Below are positions 50,375 to 63,461 of a DNA stretch of 64,000 nucleotides, piece by piece. This DNA comes from Eledone cirrhosa. Its lineage: Eukaryota. How positions within the stretch are numbered: the stretch's first letter is position 1; the number at the start of each line of letters is the position of its first letter. Location of the stretch: assembly GCA_964016885.1 (NCBI GenBank), contig OZ024743.1, positions 113,336,001 through 113,400,000 of the forward strand, read 5' to 3'. Below the pieces are notes generated by a model that was not told where the DNA came from, did not search any database, and was given only the letters and a program-made list of their open reading frames with translations. A program made the position numbers and the translations under genes.

Positions 50375-51300
50375 TTGTGGTGGTGGTGATGGATTACTGA
50401 TAGTTGTTGTTGTTGTTGTTGTGGTAGTGGTGGTAGTGATGGTGGTGGTGGCAATCATGGCTTGGTGGTGGTGGTGGTAATGATGGCTTGGTGGTGGCAG
50501 TGATGATGGTGGCAGTGATGGCTTGGTGGTAGTTGTGGTGGTGGTAGTGATGGATTGGTGGTAGTTGTTGTGGTGGTGATGGTGGTGATGACTTGGTGGT
50601 GGCAGTGATGGCTTGGTGGTGGTGGTGGTGGCAATGATGGCTTGGTGGTGGTGGTGGTGGCAGTGATAGCTTGGTGATAGTGGTGGCAGTGATGGCTTGG
50701 TGGTGGTGACAGTGATGGCTTGATGGTGATGGTAGTGGCAGTGATGGGTTGGTGGTAGTTGTTGTGGTGGTGGTGATGGCTTGGTGGTGGTGGCAATGAT
50801 GGCTTGGTGGTGGTGGTGGTGGTGCTGATGGCAGTGATGGCTTGGTGGTGGTGGTGGGGGTGATGGTGGCGGCAGTGATGGCTTGGTGGTGGTTTGGTGG
50901 TAGTTGTTTTTGCTGCTGTTGTTGTTCTGGTGGTGGTGGTGGTGGCAGTTGTTGTGATGGCTTGGTGGTAGTAGTTGTTGTTGTTGTGATGGTGGTGGTG
51001 GTGTTGATTTTGGTGGCAATGGTTGTGGTTGTCATGGTGGTGATGATAATTAAGATGAGGATGAGGAGGAGGATGCAGTAGTGGTTGTGGCATAGATTCG
51101 ATGGTGATGGTTTGCTGATGGCAGTGGTGGTGCTGGTGATAGCAGTGGTAGTTGATGATGAAAGTGGTGAAGTTGGAGTGGTGTGTGGTTGATGAAAATG
51201 ATAGTATTGGTGGTGTTTAATAGTGGTGAAGGAGGTGTTTCTGATAGTCTCTGAGGGTGATGGCATTGGTGATAGTTAATGGTTGTGGAGATGGAGTAGT
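50375..51300. repeat. (GGT)-based minisatellite GCAGTGATGGCTT(GGT)n
   Basis: Direct observation. Confidence 0.9.
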
Positions 51301-51434
51301 GTATGTGTATGGGGCTTGGATGTAGAATAAAGATTTCTTTTTTTAAGGAAAACAACAGCCTTGCCTTTCCAGCTAAGCTGGTTATTATCTCATTTTTGGA
51401 ATAGTTAAACTTGGTGATATCATTTATTGGAAGC

Positions 51435-51521
<87 letters not shown>

Positions 51522-51669
51522 ACACACACACACATATACATACATACATTCACACACACATACATACATACATATGAACGCGAATGGAAAAAAATGGAGT
51601 GTTGGTCCATGCAGATGCTGTAGAGCGAAGTGGATTGAAAGAGAAAATGGTTTGGTTGAGAGTGGTATA

Positions 51670-52313
51670 AAGGGTAAAGACAGAGATCTTGTGGCTGTCT
51701 TTGTCTGTCTGGTGGCCATGGTGAAAGAGGTTGTATGGGGGACACCTCTGAAAGGGCTGAAGACAGGTAAATTCCTTTTCGGCGACCCCTTGATTAACTT
51801 CTTCAGGTTTCACTTGAAGAGGCAAATCAGGGTGGAGAAGTAAGTGCTACATCATCATCATTTAACGTCCATCTTCCACGGGTTTGTCCCACTTGAGGCA
51901 AGATTGGTCAGGTGACTGTGTCTCGCTCATACAGAACTGTTTTTGGCAGGTTTTCTACGACTGGATGCCCTTCCTAATACCAACCACTTTACAGTGTAGA
52001 CTGGGTGCTTTTTAATGGTCCGAGTGAATGGGCCTGCTCTGAGCATGTGCCTGTAGATTGAGAGAGGACACCTGGGATAAGGCATTTTCCCTGGCGGTCA
52101 CGGTGACTATAGCTTTTGTGGGCTTTCTTCATGAGTAACCCTTGGAAGTTCTCCCTCCCCCCACTATTAGAGAATTTTCTTTTGTTTCTGATTTTTTGTT
52201 ACATCTTTTGTTTTTGTTTTATACTCATTTTTACAAGCAGAAACCCACATTGTACTGCCCTGTGTTGTCCTTAATGTATTCTTTTGTAAACCCTTTGTTG
52301 TCATTAAAGAAAA
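51670..52313 (+). mobile_element. Tx1/L1-like LINE 3' end interrupted by an RTE UTR copy (51850-52013, minus)
   Basis: LVAMVKEVVW..LKGL..LINFFRFHLKRQIRVEK resumes as MVRVNGPALSMCL*, followed by a T-rich UTR ending ATTAAAGAAAA. Confidence 0.55.
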
Positions 52314-52319
52314 CATCAG

Positions 52320-52645
52320 TGGATTGGCAGTATCAGTAGAGCGTCAGACACCCTGCTTTGCAGCATAGTTACGGCCCTTTACGTTCTGAGTTCAAATGCC
52401 ACCAAGGTTAGCTTTACATTTCATCCTTACACGGTCGATAAAATAAAGTACCAGTCATGCACTGGGGTAGATTTAATCAACTTTCCCCTCCACCCAATTG
52501 CTGGCCTTGTGCCTATATCAGAAACCATTATTATTGCCAAATCCAGCCAGGGTTAACTTTGATAAAATAAAGTACCAGTAATACACTGGGTATTTGCTGG
52601 CCTTGTGCCAAAAGTAGAAACAATTATTATTATTATTATTATAGC
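52320..52645 (+). mobile_element. Meta-like SINE (long tail) plus a partial short-tail copy
   Basis: Two GATAAAATAAAGTACCAGT..GCTGGCCTTGTGCC blocks; (ATT)n tail. Confidence 0.82.
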
Positions 52646-52924
52646 AAATTATTATTATTATTATAGCAAATCAAGAGAAACTGATTCTTTTTTTTATATT
52701 TGTTTTGTTTTTTGTGAGGCTGATAGCTTTCCTGTCTGGTTGGCCGGCTGGTTGCCCGGCTGGTTGGACGGCTGGTTGTTTTGCTAGTTGGTTGGTCATC
52801 ATTATTATCGGTCTTCCACAGACTGGTTTAGTTTAGCTGTAGTTATCTTGCAGCACCCTTCATTAGACAAATGATTTGTTACACATGTACATAGATATTT
52901 ACACACTGCCTTTTTATTTACATT

Positions 52925-52925
<1 letters not shown>

Positions 52926-53016
<91 letters not shown>

Positions 53017-53225
53017 TTCTCTCTCCTCTCTCTCCTTTCTCTCTCCTCTATCTCTCTCCTTTCTCTCTCCTCTCTCTCCTCTTTCTCTCCTCTCTCTCCC
53101 TTCTCTCTCCTCTCTCTCTCCTCTCTCCTTTCTCTCTCCTCTCTCTCTCCTCTCTCTCTCTTTTGTCCTTTTCCTTCTCCCTCTCTTTTTTCTGTCTCTC
53201 TCCCTTTATCTTTATCTCTCCCCCA
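52926..53225. repeat. (CT)n microsatellite
   Basis: Direct observation. Confidence 0.95.
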
Positions 53226-53629
53226 CCCCTTTCAGTCTTCATCTGTTTCCTTTTTCATCCCTGACCCCCAATTCCTCCATCTTGCTCTCCCCTCTCTCTC
53301 CCCCTCTCCCACCTAACATTCCCACTACCACATGCCCTCACATGCTGTTCAAAGTAAGGATGTTGTTGGTTCCTTAAGCCATGACCAATTGTTAATCGAT
53401 CGCACAGATCAATTATTACTAAAATAAAACCAATGTGCCACAAATTAGTCTAAAGTTTCTTCCTTGTTTCTTCTCCAAATCCACTGTTTCTTAGAGGCTG
53501 ATACTTAGCTCTGATTATCTAACATTAAAACATAAGAGAAATAAACCTTCCTCTGTATAGAATGCTGCTCCTTTGTACATTGTTTTCCTAAACTCCACAA
53601 CAATAACAACTACTACTACAACTACAACA

Positions 53630-54085
53630 AAGGTAACTGGAAGACATCTATATGGTTACACGGCCTCCTAGAAACATCAGCCAGATTTTCCTCAAAAGCT
53701 CAACAACAAACCATTCAGCTAAGGTATGTAGAGGACTTCTATTTTAACACTTAGCCTCCTAGAAATTGCAGCCAAATTTTCCTCAAAAGCTCAATAACAA
53801 CAACAACAAAAACAAACCATTCAGCTAAGGTATCTAGAGGACTTCTATATGGTCACTCTGCCTCCTAGAAACAGCAGCCAAATTTTCCTCAAAAGCTCAA
53901 CAGCAACAAACCATTCATCTAAAGTATCTAGAGGACTTCTATATGGTCATTCAGTCCCTAGAAACAGCAGCTAAAATTTCCTCAAAAGCTCAACAACAAA
54001 CTATTCAGCTAAGGTATCTAGAGGATTTCTATATGGTCACTCGGCCCCCTAGAAATAACAGCCAAATCTTCATCAAAAGCTTCAT
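53630..54085. repeat. ~90-bp tandem repeat x5
   Basis: GGTATCTAGAGGACTTCTATATGGTCACT..CCTAGAAACAGCAGCCAAATTTTCCTCAAAAGCTCAAC. Confidence 0.9.
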
Positions 54086-54914
54086 AAGAACAACAGCAAA
54101 TAGCCTGTCTGCTTGCAGTTAGCAGAATTAAAACTTTCTATACAACAACATACATCATCAAAACTCAACAACAACAAAGATTTAAGGGTCATTTTCCCTG
54201 ATGAGTATCCTTGTATGATTGATGACAAATTTCTCTATTTTGTCGTATCCTGTACATCCTCACCAAGCCTCATGCTCATGTTTCCTTCTCCATCATCTTT
54301 AGTTATGTCTTGAAATTCCAACATAATTTTATGTCAGCTGCTGTCATTGTTAGTGTTTGTAGTTGTGCTGCTGCTGTTCACTTTTTCATGTTAGTATAGG
54401 TTGGATAGTTTGTTACAGACCAAGTCATTACTATATCAGGACCACACTCATCATAGGTGGGCCAGGGGCCACATTACACTTATGTACATACCTACACTTG
54501 CACAAATTTATATATGGATAGGTTTTCATTTCATGCACATGTGTGCATATATACATGCATGTATATATGCATGCATGTTTATCTGTATATATATATAATA
54601 TATATGGAATTTTTTGAAAATTTCAGAATCAAAGGAACCATTTGAAATGCATACAGAAAAAAGAAAAGAAAGAAAGAACAAAAAAACAAACAAACAATAT
54701 AAAAAAAACAATTCTAAAATTTTGTAACAGTATGCCAATGATTTATTTCTTTGTTGTAGATGTGCACTCATATGTACATATACACAAGGTCCGAACACAA
54801 AAGAACCAAACTCCCACTGTCACTGCCTCCATCTCTCCCTCTCTCCCCATCTCCCACTATTATGAGCACATTTTTGTAAAATCATGTCCCTGTAGTGTTA
54901 CTAATGCTTGTACC

Positions 54915-55790
54915 TGTGTAGACTTAGCTGAGCTGCTGTTAGTTTGCATCCCATAAGAGGTTTCTCAGGTGTTTTAATGATAAGGGGTCCAGTTTTATGT
55001 TACAGCTCACATTATGTAGGTTTAGCTGGCCTCCTTTTTAGGTTTCTCAGGTGTTTTAATGATAAGAGGTCTAGTTGTTATGTTACAACTCACACCTATG
55101 TAGGTTTAGCTGGCCTCCTATTTAACCCTCTATCATTCAAACCGTCTGTGACTGGCCAGAATTCTCTCACCCCTTTCTGTTCAAACCAGCCCTAACTAGC
55201 CACTCATACTGATTTTAAGGTATTGTTCTCAAAATAAATATCAAAATCTCATTGATTCAATATTATGTGAGATATTATGTAAGATAAAGCCTTTACTGCG
55301 AAAATAGAATAGTAAATATAGAGTAATGTAAATGCTAAAGGGTTAAGAGGTATCTCAGGTGTTTTAATGATAAGGGGGTCCAGTTTTATGTTACAACTCA
55401 CACCTATGTAGGTTTAGCTGGCCTCCAATTTAGGAGGTTTCTTGGGTGCTTTAATGATAGGGTTTCCAGTCTTATCATGTTGTAGCTTATACTTATGTAG
55501 GTTTAGCTGGCTTCATATGAGGTTGCATCTCAAAGGAGCTTTCGTGAGTGTTTTAATGATAGGGGCCTCAGTTTTATGTTGCTGTTACAGTTCACATTTA
55601 TCTAAGTTTTTTGGCCCCCTATGAGGTTACATCTCATGATGTTACATGGGTGTTTTAATCATAGGGCTCCAGTCCTATCATGATGTGATAGCTCACACTT
55701 ATGAAGGTTTAGCTGGCCACCTCCGAGGTTGCATCTCATAATGGGTTTCTTGGCGATTTTTATTATAGAGGCTTCAGTCGTATTGTGAAC
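54915..55790. repeat. ~70-95-bp degenerate tandem repeat with a MITE inserted at 55122-55346
   Basis: GGTGTTTTAATGATAAGGGG..CTCACACCTATGTAGGTTTAGCTGGCCTCC units; the MITE has TTAA at both ends. Confidence 0.85.
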
Positions 55791-55794
55791 TTTG

Positions 55795-56012
55795 ATAATG
55801 GTTTCAGATTTAGGCACAAGACCAGCAATTTTGGGGGAGGGGAAAGTTGATGAAATCAACTCCAGTTTGTGACTGGTATTTTATTTTATTGACACCATAA
55901 AGATGAAAGGCAAAGCTAACCTCGGCGGGATTTGAACTGAGAACGTAAAGGGCCGTAACTCTATGTTACACAGCTTGTTGTCCGGAGCCCTACCGATACT
56001 GTCAATCCACTG
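55795..56012 (-). mobile_element. Meta-like SINE (long tail)
   Basis: Reverse complement of the SINE consensus. Confidence 0.82.
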
Positions 56013-56295
56013 TCCTTTTTGTGAACTTGAATAATAAAAAGACATCTTACTTTAAAAAAAAACCATTCCAAATTCTTGATTATTTTCATAATTCACTGAA
56101 ACTTATTGAACTGAAATTTCATTAGAAATTTAATCAGAGAAGGGTTAAATTACATTAGACAAAGAAGCTGCTGACTGATATCCGGTTCTCAGATATATTA
56201 AAGTTTTCAATAAAACTCTTATCAATCCTCCACTAAGTAGATAAGAACTGAAATTATTAAAGAAAGAAAGAGAGAATGTATGTATGAGAGAGAGA

Positions 56296-56329
<34 letters not shown>

Positions 56330-56510
56330 ATATGTATGAGAGAGGAAGAGAAGAGAGAGAGGAGATTAGATATTTATCAGTAATGATTAGTGGCTCTGAT
56401 TGGTTAATAAGAATTTACATGGTGTGCCAGTATTAAAGTTCATTAAAACATCATTGTCAGTTTAGGTATATATTCATATGTGTTTGCGTGTGTGTATATA
56501 TATATGTATG

Positions 56511-56545
<35 letters not shown>

Positions 56546-56754
56546 ACATTTAAATGTAATGTAAACCATATAATCCTATTTAATGTAAGATTATATCTTT
56601 CTTTCCTTCTATCTTTGATTGCTATTCTATTTATTTCTGTTTGTTTGATAACAAACTGATCAACCACGAATACACAGAGGGCTTATCTGAAGATATTATC
56701 CTCCAAACATTGTTACTTTCATTTTCTAAACACCATATTTCTTATCTGATTATG

Positions 56755-57075
56755 GGGTGGCTGTTGATGTTCAGCCCTGATCAAGCAGACCTGTGGTCAA
56801 AACTGTACTGGCAGCTGTTTATTTCTAATCCTGATCAAGTAGACCTATGATCAAAGCTATTCAGGTGGCTGTTAATTTTGAGCCCTGATCAATTAGACCT
56901 GTGATCAAAGTAGTTCTGGTGGCTATTGATTTCTAGGTCTTATCAAGCAAACCTATGTTCTGGCAGGTGTTCAATGTTAGCCTTGATCAAGCAGATCCAT
57001 GATCAAATCTACTCAAAACTGATCAAAATGTTCTGGTAATTTTGGCATTGAGCCTTATCAAACAGACCTCTGATG
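56755..57075. repeat. ~55-bp degenerate tandem repeat
   Basis: GCCCTGATCAAGCAGACCT(A/G)TGATCAAA recurs about 6 times. Confidence 0.8.
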
Positions 57076-57977
57076 CTATGTTTTAAAATGTTTATATATA
57101 TTTTTAAAAAAGTTCATCAGTTTTATATAAGAAATACCAGCTTAATAATGGAGAAAGTTAGTTATATTACTAAATCACACTAGATTCTGGATAATTTTCA
57201 AAATGATTAGAAAATCACAAGCAATGTCTTTCATTAGAAAGTATCAAGAGTTGTAGTGGTAGTAACAGTGCTAATGTTAGTAACTAATTGTAAGAAAATC
57301 ATTATTCATAAAAGTAAATATCTATAGTTATTTTTTTAATGTTTTGCTTTCTGACTAATTGAGGATTTAAAAGTCAAGACATGTAGGAAGAGTGGTTCTT
57401 GCTTGCTTTATTTATTTATTCATTTATTTAGTTATTTATTATTTATTTACTTATTTTGTTCAATTTATTTTATGACATTTTATTTTGTAGCTTTCATTTA
57501 TCAAAGCCTGACTAGTAGACAGACAAAAACCTTAATTTGTCGGTGAAGATTAAATCTATTTCCTTTACAAAGTATCAGCCTGTATGAGCAACTGTTTAAA
57601 TTATTTTACTTAAAATCAGGGTGGTGGTAGATTGGCATCTGGCTCTGAACTCTGAGTTCAAATCCTACAGAGGTCAACTTTGTCTTTCATCCTTTTGAGG
57701 TTAATAAATAAAGCACCAGTCCAATACTGGGTCGATTCTTCCTCTATATCTCTTTCTAACTTTTTCTATGTCCTTCTCTGGAAGAAATTACCTATGTTCA
57801 AGCCTGGAGAGGAGTGGGTTAGGCTCGACTGGGTTTAAAATTCCCAAGAAATGCATTTGTCACTATGACACCCTTATGACTCCATCAGGTGTTATGACTC
57901 CATCAGGTGTTATGAGTCCATACATACACACACAGCATCAGGTAGTAAGGCATTTTCTCTCTTTACACAGCAACATG

Positions 57978-58325
57978 AAGGCATGTGGCCAATTGATTAG
58001 GGTGTTGAACTTACAGTTATAATGTTGTTGGTTCAATTCCTAAACCAAGTATTGAGGTGTGTTCTTGAGCAAAACGCTACATTTCACATTGCTCCAGTAT
58101 ACTCAGCTACTGAGCAGCTGAGAGTACATTACTCTCTTTTGGACAGGACAGCAATATATCACAGGATAACACTTAGCTACTGCAGATTTTCATTTTTAGC
58201 TGAGTGTACTGGAGCAACATGGAATTGTCTTGCTCAAGAACACAACTCACCTTCTGGTCAAAGCAATCAAAACCATGATGCCATGAACATGAGTCCAAAC
58301 AGCCTAACCACAAGGCCACATGCCC
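57978..58325. mobile_element. Inverted pair of CORE-like SINEs
   Basis: 57978-58110(+) head plus core; 58110-58325(-) head plus core plus V-like tail. Confidence 0.7.
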
Positions 58326-58427
58326 TAACCAGTCTGTCTGATGAAATCTGTATTTTCTGCACAAGACCAGATACTGAATCACTAACTAGTATCTCTTTTC
58401 AAAGTTCAAAAATATTTGTCTGATAAA

Positions 58428-58692
58428 GTATGTATTTAAACATGGCACCATCACTACCACCTTACAAGATGGGCTGTGTGTATTTTATCATAGCAACAGT
58501 ACTACCACCTTACAAGATGGACTGTGTGTATTTTATTACGGCAACAGTACTACCACCTTACATGATGGACTGTGTGTATTTAAACATGGCACCCTCACTA
58601 ACACATTACAAGATGGACTGTGTGTATTTTATCATGGTACCACCACTACCACCATACCAGGTGGACTGTGTGTATTTTATCACGGCACCAGA
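58428..58692. repeat. 45-bp tandem repeat x~6
   Basis: 15-aa periodicity (LPPYKMDCVYFI..) in ORF 58430. Confidence 0.9.
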
Positions 58693-58736
58693 ACAACCCA
58701 ATTAAAAAAAAAAACTCAAAAACTCCACAGATCTTA

Positions 58737-59120
58737 ATAATTGTTTCTGTTTTACGCACAAGGCCAACAATTTGATGGGAAGGGGTAAGTCGATTAAATC
58801 AACCCCAGTGCATTACTGGTGCTTTATTTTATCGACCCAGTAAGGATGAAAGGCAAAGCTAACCTCAGCATGATTTGAACTCGGACCGTAAAGGACCATA
58901 ACTATCTGCCACAAAACATTTTGTCTGACGCTCTACCAATCATAATTGTTTCTACTTTTGGCACAAGGCCAGCAATTACTTCAGTTCATTACTGGTGCTT
59001 TATTTTATTGACCCCGTAAAGATGAAAGACAAAGTTAACCTTGGTGGGATTTGGACTCAGAACGTAAAGGGCCGTAACTATATGCTGCAAAGCATGGTGC
59101 CCGACACTCTACCGATACTA
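58737..59120 (-). mobile_element. Two adjacent Meta-like SINEs
   Basis: Long-tail copy 58737-58940 and short-tail copy 58943-59120. Confidence 0.85.
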
Positions 59121-59451
59121 GTTTTTTTGTAATATATTATTTTGAAGCTCTATTCATCTAATTTGATATGAACTAGGTATATAGATAATCCGATACTCAT
59201 GTTTAAACGACATTAAGATATGTGCTGAGACCTTACAAACATGACTGACTCAAAGACTCTAATCAAGAAATCATTTTCATTTAATCCTGTAATCCAGTTT
59301 GGTTCCACTATCAATATGCTGGCAAAACAACTTAGTTTCATAGTTATCAACTACAGCAGCAACAAAACTGATCTTTAATGATAATCATAATTATCATAGT
59401 CTTTTCTATATTTCTTGTACCACTCTTCAATTATGACTTAGTCATTTATAT

Positions 59452-59825
59452 ATACATATACACATACTTACATACACTTGTCTCTTTATTTACTTGTATA
59501 CCGTTATCTTTTGAATCTGATGATGGCGACACATACACATACACACTCACACACAAACACACATACTCATGCACAAACACACACATACATACACATACTT
59601 ACATACACTTGCCTCTTTATTTACTTGTATACCGTTATCTTTTGAATCTGATGATGACGGCACATACACACACACACACTCACACATACTCATGCACAAA
59701 CACACACATACATACACATACTTACATACACTTGCCTCTTTATTTACTTGTATATGGTATATGGTATTTGTATATCTATTGAATCTGATGATGGCGACAC
59801 ATACACACACACTCACACACAGAAA
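59452..59825. repeat. ~130-bp tandem repeat x3
   Basis: CATACTTACATACACTTG.CTCTTTATTTACTTGTATA..TTGAATCTGATGATG.CG recurs. Confidence 0.88.
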
Positions 59826-60299
59826 CATACATACTCACATACAGACACACACGCACACACACACACAAACACACACATACAGACACACACACACATACAT
59901 ACACCTACACACAGACTTGAACACACACACACACACACACATGCATACATATACAGATTGGTTGTACACTTGCAAATAGTTGTCCATTGATTCTGGTGAT
60001 GGTGGCAACACACACACACACACACACAATCACGCACAGATACATACTCATACACAAACATACACACACACAGATACACACTCACACACACACATACACA
60101 TTCATACACAAACACACACACTATATATATATATATATATAGTATAAGAATACAGGAACTAAGAATCAGTGTTGCATCATAACATATTTAATAACATATT
60201 ACATATGTTTCACTGTTGATTAGCTTGAGGAACGATCTATCATTGATCGAACCTGACATACCGCCTACAGACATATTGATCTTGCATTATACACCTGTA

Positions 60300-62495
60300 T
60301 ATCATCATCATCTAGCATGGGTTTAGACGGCAATTGTCCTACTTGAGGCAAGATTGGTCGGGTGACCATGTCTCATTCGTATAGGGCTGTCTGGCAGGTT
60401 TTCTACGGCTGGATGCCCTTCCTAACACCAACCACGTTTACAGTGTGGAACTGGGAGGTTTTTACCGTGTTACCTACACGGCCAGGCCACATTACAGCTT
60501 GGACTGTGTGTTTTTTTTTGTCGTGACACCTGCACAACCTCATTTATTTAGGACTGGATGTTGTGGCACCAACATAACTTTACAGAGAAAGGGGTGGGGG
60601 TAAGGGTAGTGGAATGGGGGGGGGGGGTTAAGAGGTGCCTACTGACTGTAGGTTTTGCTTTGTACATATGGAAGGCGGGTCTTCTGTATTACTGCGTGGC
60701 GCCAAAGATCTCGGTCCAGTGACATTGTCTTAGAGAGGTGTAAGTGTGTAAGGTCGGAATTTATCAAATCTTTTCCAGTCTGCGCAGATCCTCTGCACAC
60801 AAAGCCCATATCTCACTGCCATGTAACAATCTGCCTTTCATTTTTAGATCAATAGTGGTATAAGCTTTCTGAACTTTTTCCATCTTGTTCTGATTCTGGC
60901 TACTGTACTTTCAGAGCACCCTCCACCACTGCTGATTTTGTCACCCAGGTAACGGAAGGTGTCCACTATTTCTATAGAACCATCTGAGCAATAGAAGGAG
61001 CTAGCATTCTGTGGGCACTTGCTTCTTATTGCACCTGAGCATCAGTCACATATAAAATCTACGTTCTTAGATAGCTTACCTGTGATCCCACTACATCTTT
61101 TATGTACCCATAGTTTGCATTTGGGACATAACATGGAATTTCTGCTTACTCCTTTCCTACACACTGAGCATGGCCATTTGCCAGAGGGTACCTGTACCCT
61201 ATTTTCCTTTCTACACACTAGAACTTTAGTCTTAGACGAGTTAACTTTAAGGCCTTTTGATTCTAGGCCATGCTTCCATGTTTGGAATTTCTTCTCTATT
61301 TCAGCCATCGATCCAGCTATGAGAGTTAGATCATCTGCGTATAGAAGTTCCCATGGGCAGCCGGTCTTGAACTGCTCTGTTATAGCCTGAAGGGCAATAA
61401 TAAATAGGAGGGGGCTAAGGACAGAGCCTTGATGAACACCAACTTTTACGCTAAATTCTTCACTATATTCGTTGTTAATTCTAACCTTCCTGACTGTTTC
61501 TTTATACATGGTTTGTATAGCTCTCACAAGCCATTCATTAACACCTAGTTTTCTAAGAGCCCACCAGATAATGGAGCGGGGGACTCTGTCAAAGGCTTTC
61601 TCCAAGTCAACAAAAGTTAAGTATAAGGGTTTACTTTTAGCTAGGTACTTCTCCTGTAGTTGTCGTACAAGGAAAAGAGTGTCCGTGGTACTTTTACCTG
61701 ACACAAACCCAAACTGCATTTCATCTAGATCAATTCGCGCTCTGATTACTTGCGCTATAACTCTTTCTGTGACCTTCATGACCTGGTCAATCAATTTAAT
61801 ACCTCTATAGTTTCCCCTATCTAGGGCATCTCCTTTACCCTTCTAACAGTTAATATGATGCTGCTACGCTAGTCATTTGTTATGACCCCATTCTGTATGA
61901 CTTGGTTCACTATCCGGGTGACCATAGTATGTCCCACCATTCCAGATGCTTTCAGCATTTCAGCAACTATGTCCGAAGGCCCAGCTGCCTTGCCTGTCTT
62001 CATATCTTTGATTGCCTTACTTATTATACTACCTTCAACTTGCACTGCTGGTCTCTCTATTGGATCGATTTGGGGCAGACTATCTTTTTCCCATTTATTC
62101 TCCTCATTTAGTAGCTTCTCGTAGTGACACTTCCAAGCTACCTTCTTATCAGCATCAGTGATAGCAAGTACACCATCATCGTTACGGACACACTTCTCCC
62201 TGACAATATCACGGTTTTCCTTGACACATTGTCTTGCAGTCCTGAACACCTCACGTTTTTGGTCCTTGTGATGTAGAACATGCTTGAACCTTCTTGCAAA
62301 GTACACTTGTCTCCTTGCTTCTCTCCCGGCTACTTGATAGTGTTCTCTACTTCCTCCATCCCGCCATACTTTCCAAGCCTGCTTTTTGGTCTTGATTGAC
62401 TCCTCCACATTACTATTCCACCACCAAGTTACTCTCCTCCTACCTATAGGTCTGCTCCAGCTGCAGATTTCATCTGTTGCCTTCAGCAGGTTAAC
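60300..62495 (-). mobile_element. 5'-truncated RTE LINE with an intact YADD, internal 3' deletions and a 3' UTR
   Basis: ORFs 61869-62525 and 61042-61794 (FVDLEKAFDRVP, GVHQGSVLSPLLF, LLYADDL, PHD-like Cys cluster); 3' part matches 1965-3110. Confidence 0.96.
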
Positions 62496-62560
62496 TTTCA
62501 TATATATACATGGGTTATGGTCCACCTAGTATTATACCACACCCTATCTGATATATATAT

Positions 62561-62780
62561 ATTCAAATAATTTTGAAAATCAAACAATGCATTAGGAAGA
62601 ACATTAAATTGCCAAGATAACAAAAGAATCTTACCTTAGAAAATTTAATGATCCCTAAGGTGAGATTCTTTTGTTATCTTGGCAATTTAATGTTCTTCCT
62701 AATGCATTGTTTGGTTTTCAAAATTATTTAAATTTGTGTTTCTTATTCAACAATGCTTCAAGCAAGTTACAAAACTCTGA
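62561..62780. repeat. Unclassified dispersed repeat with a ~79-bp inverted duplication
   Basis: 62561-62639 is the reverse complement of 62655-62733; a single-orientation homolog lies at 26720-26860. Confidence 0.85.
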
Positions 62781-62789
62781 TATATATAT

Positions 62790-63245
62790 CATCATCATCA
62801 TCATCATCATCAACACCGTTTTACGTCCATTCTTCCACGCTAGCATGGGTTAGACGGGTTGTCCTGTTGTGTGCAGTGTCTGGTCGGCTGACCATGCCTT
62901 GCTCATACAGGAACTGATCTGGCTTGATTTCTACAGCTGGATGCCCTTCCTAACACCAACCTCATTTACAGTGAGTGCTGGGTGCTTTTTCGTGGCGCCT
63001 ACACGTCCACTTTACAGTGTGGGCTGGGTGCTTTTTTGCCGTGGCACCTCCACGACCACCTTGCGGTGGGGGGTGTGGGGGCATATTGTTTATATGCTTC
63101 AGCATGTACCCATGGGAGGTCGGGTACTCTGTATTACTGCGTGACGCCAGAAGTCACGGTCGTGTGTCATTGTCTTTGAGCGGTGTAATTGGGTAAGGTC
63201 GGCTTTTATCACCTCATCCCAGGTCATCTTGGGTCTCCCCACTCC
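62790..63245 (-). mobile_element. Young RTE 3' end copy
   Basis: GVGRPKMTWDEVIKADL..DRDFWRHAVIQ plus UTR; near-identical to 40225-40605. Confidence 0.9.
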
Positions 63246-63461
63246 GCGGTATATATATATATAATTTAGCGAGAATCGCATTTCGGCGGGTAGAAATTAG
63301 CGAAATGCAACTTCCATATTGTGCTGACAAGCGCTCTATGGATATGAAGAAGATACCAGAGCTATAAACATAAGTTAAAATGGTCATACACGCTGAGACG
63401 ATGGTTAAGAAGCCATTAACCACCATAGCCAAAAAAGCGAACAAGCTAAACGGGTCAAACA

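Noticed and set aside
54195-54240. Hammerhead at CTGATGAG
   Set aside because: No GAAA at the proper position and no convincing stems.
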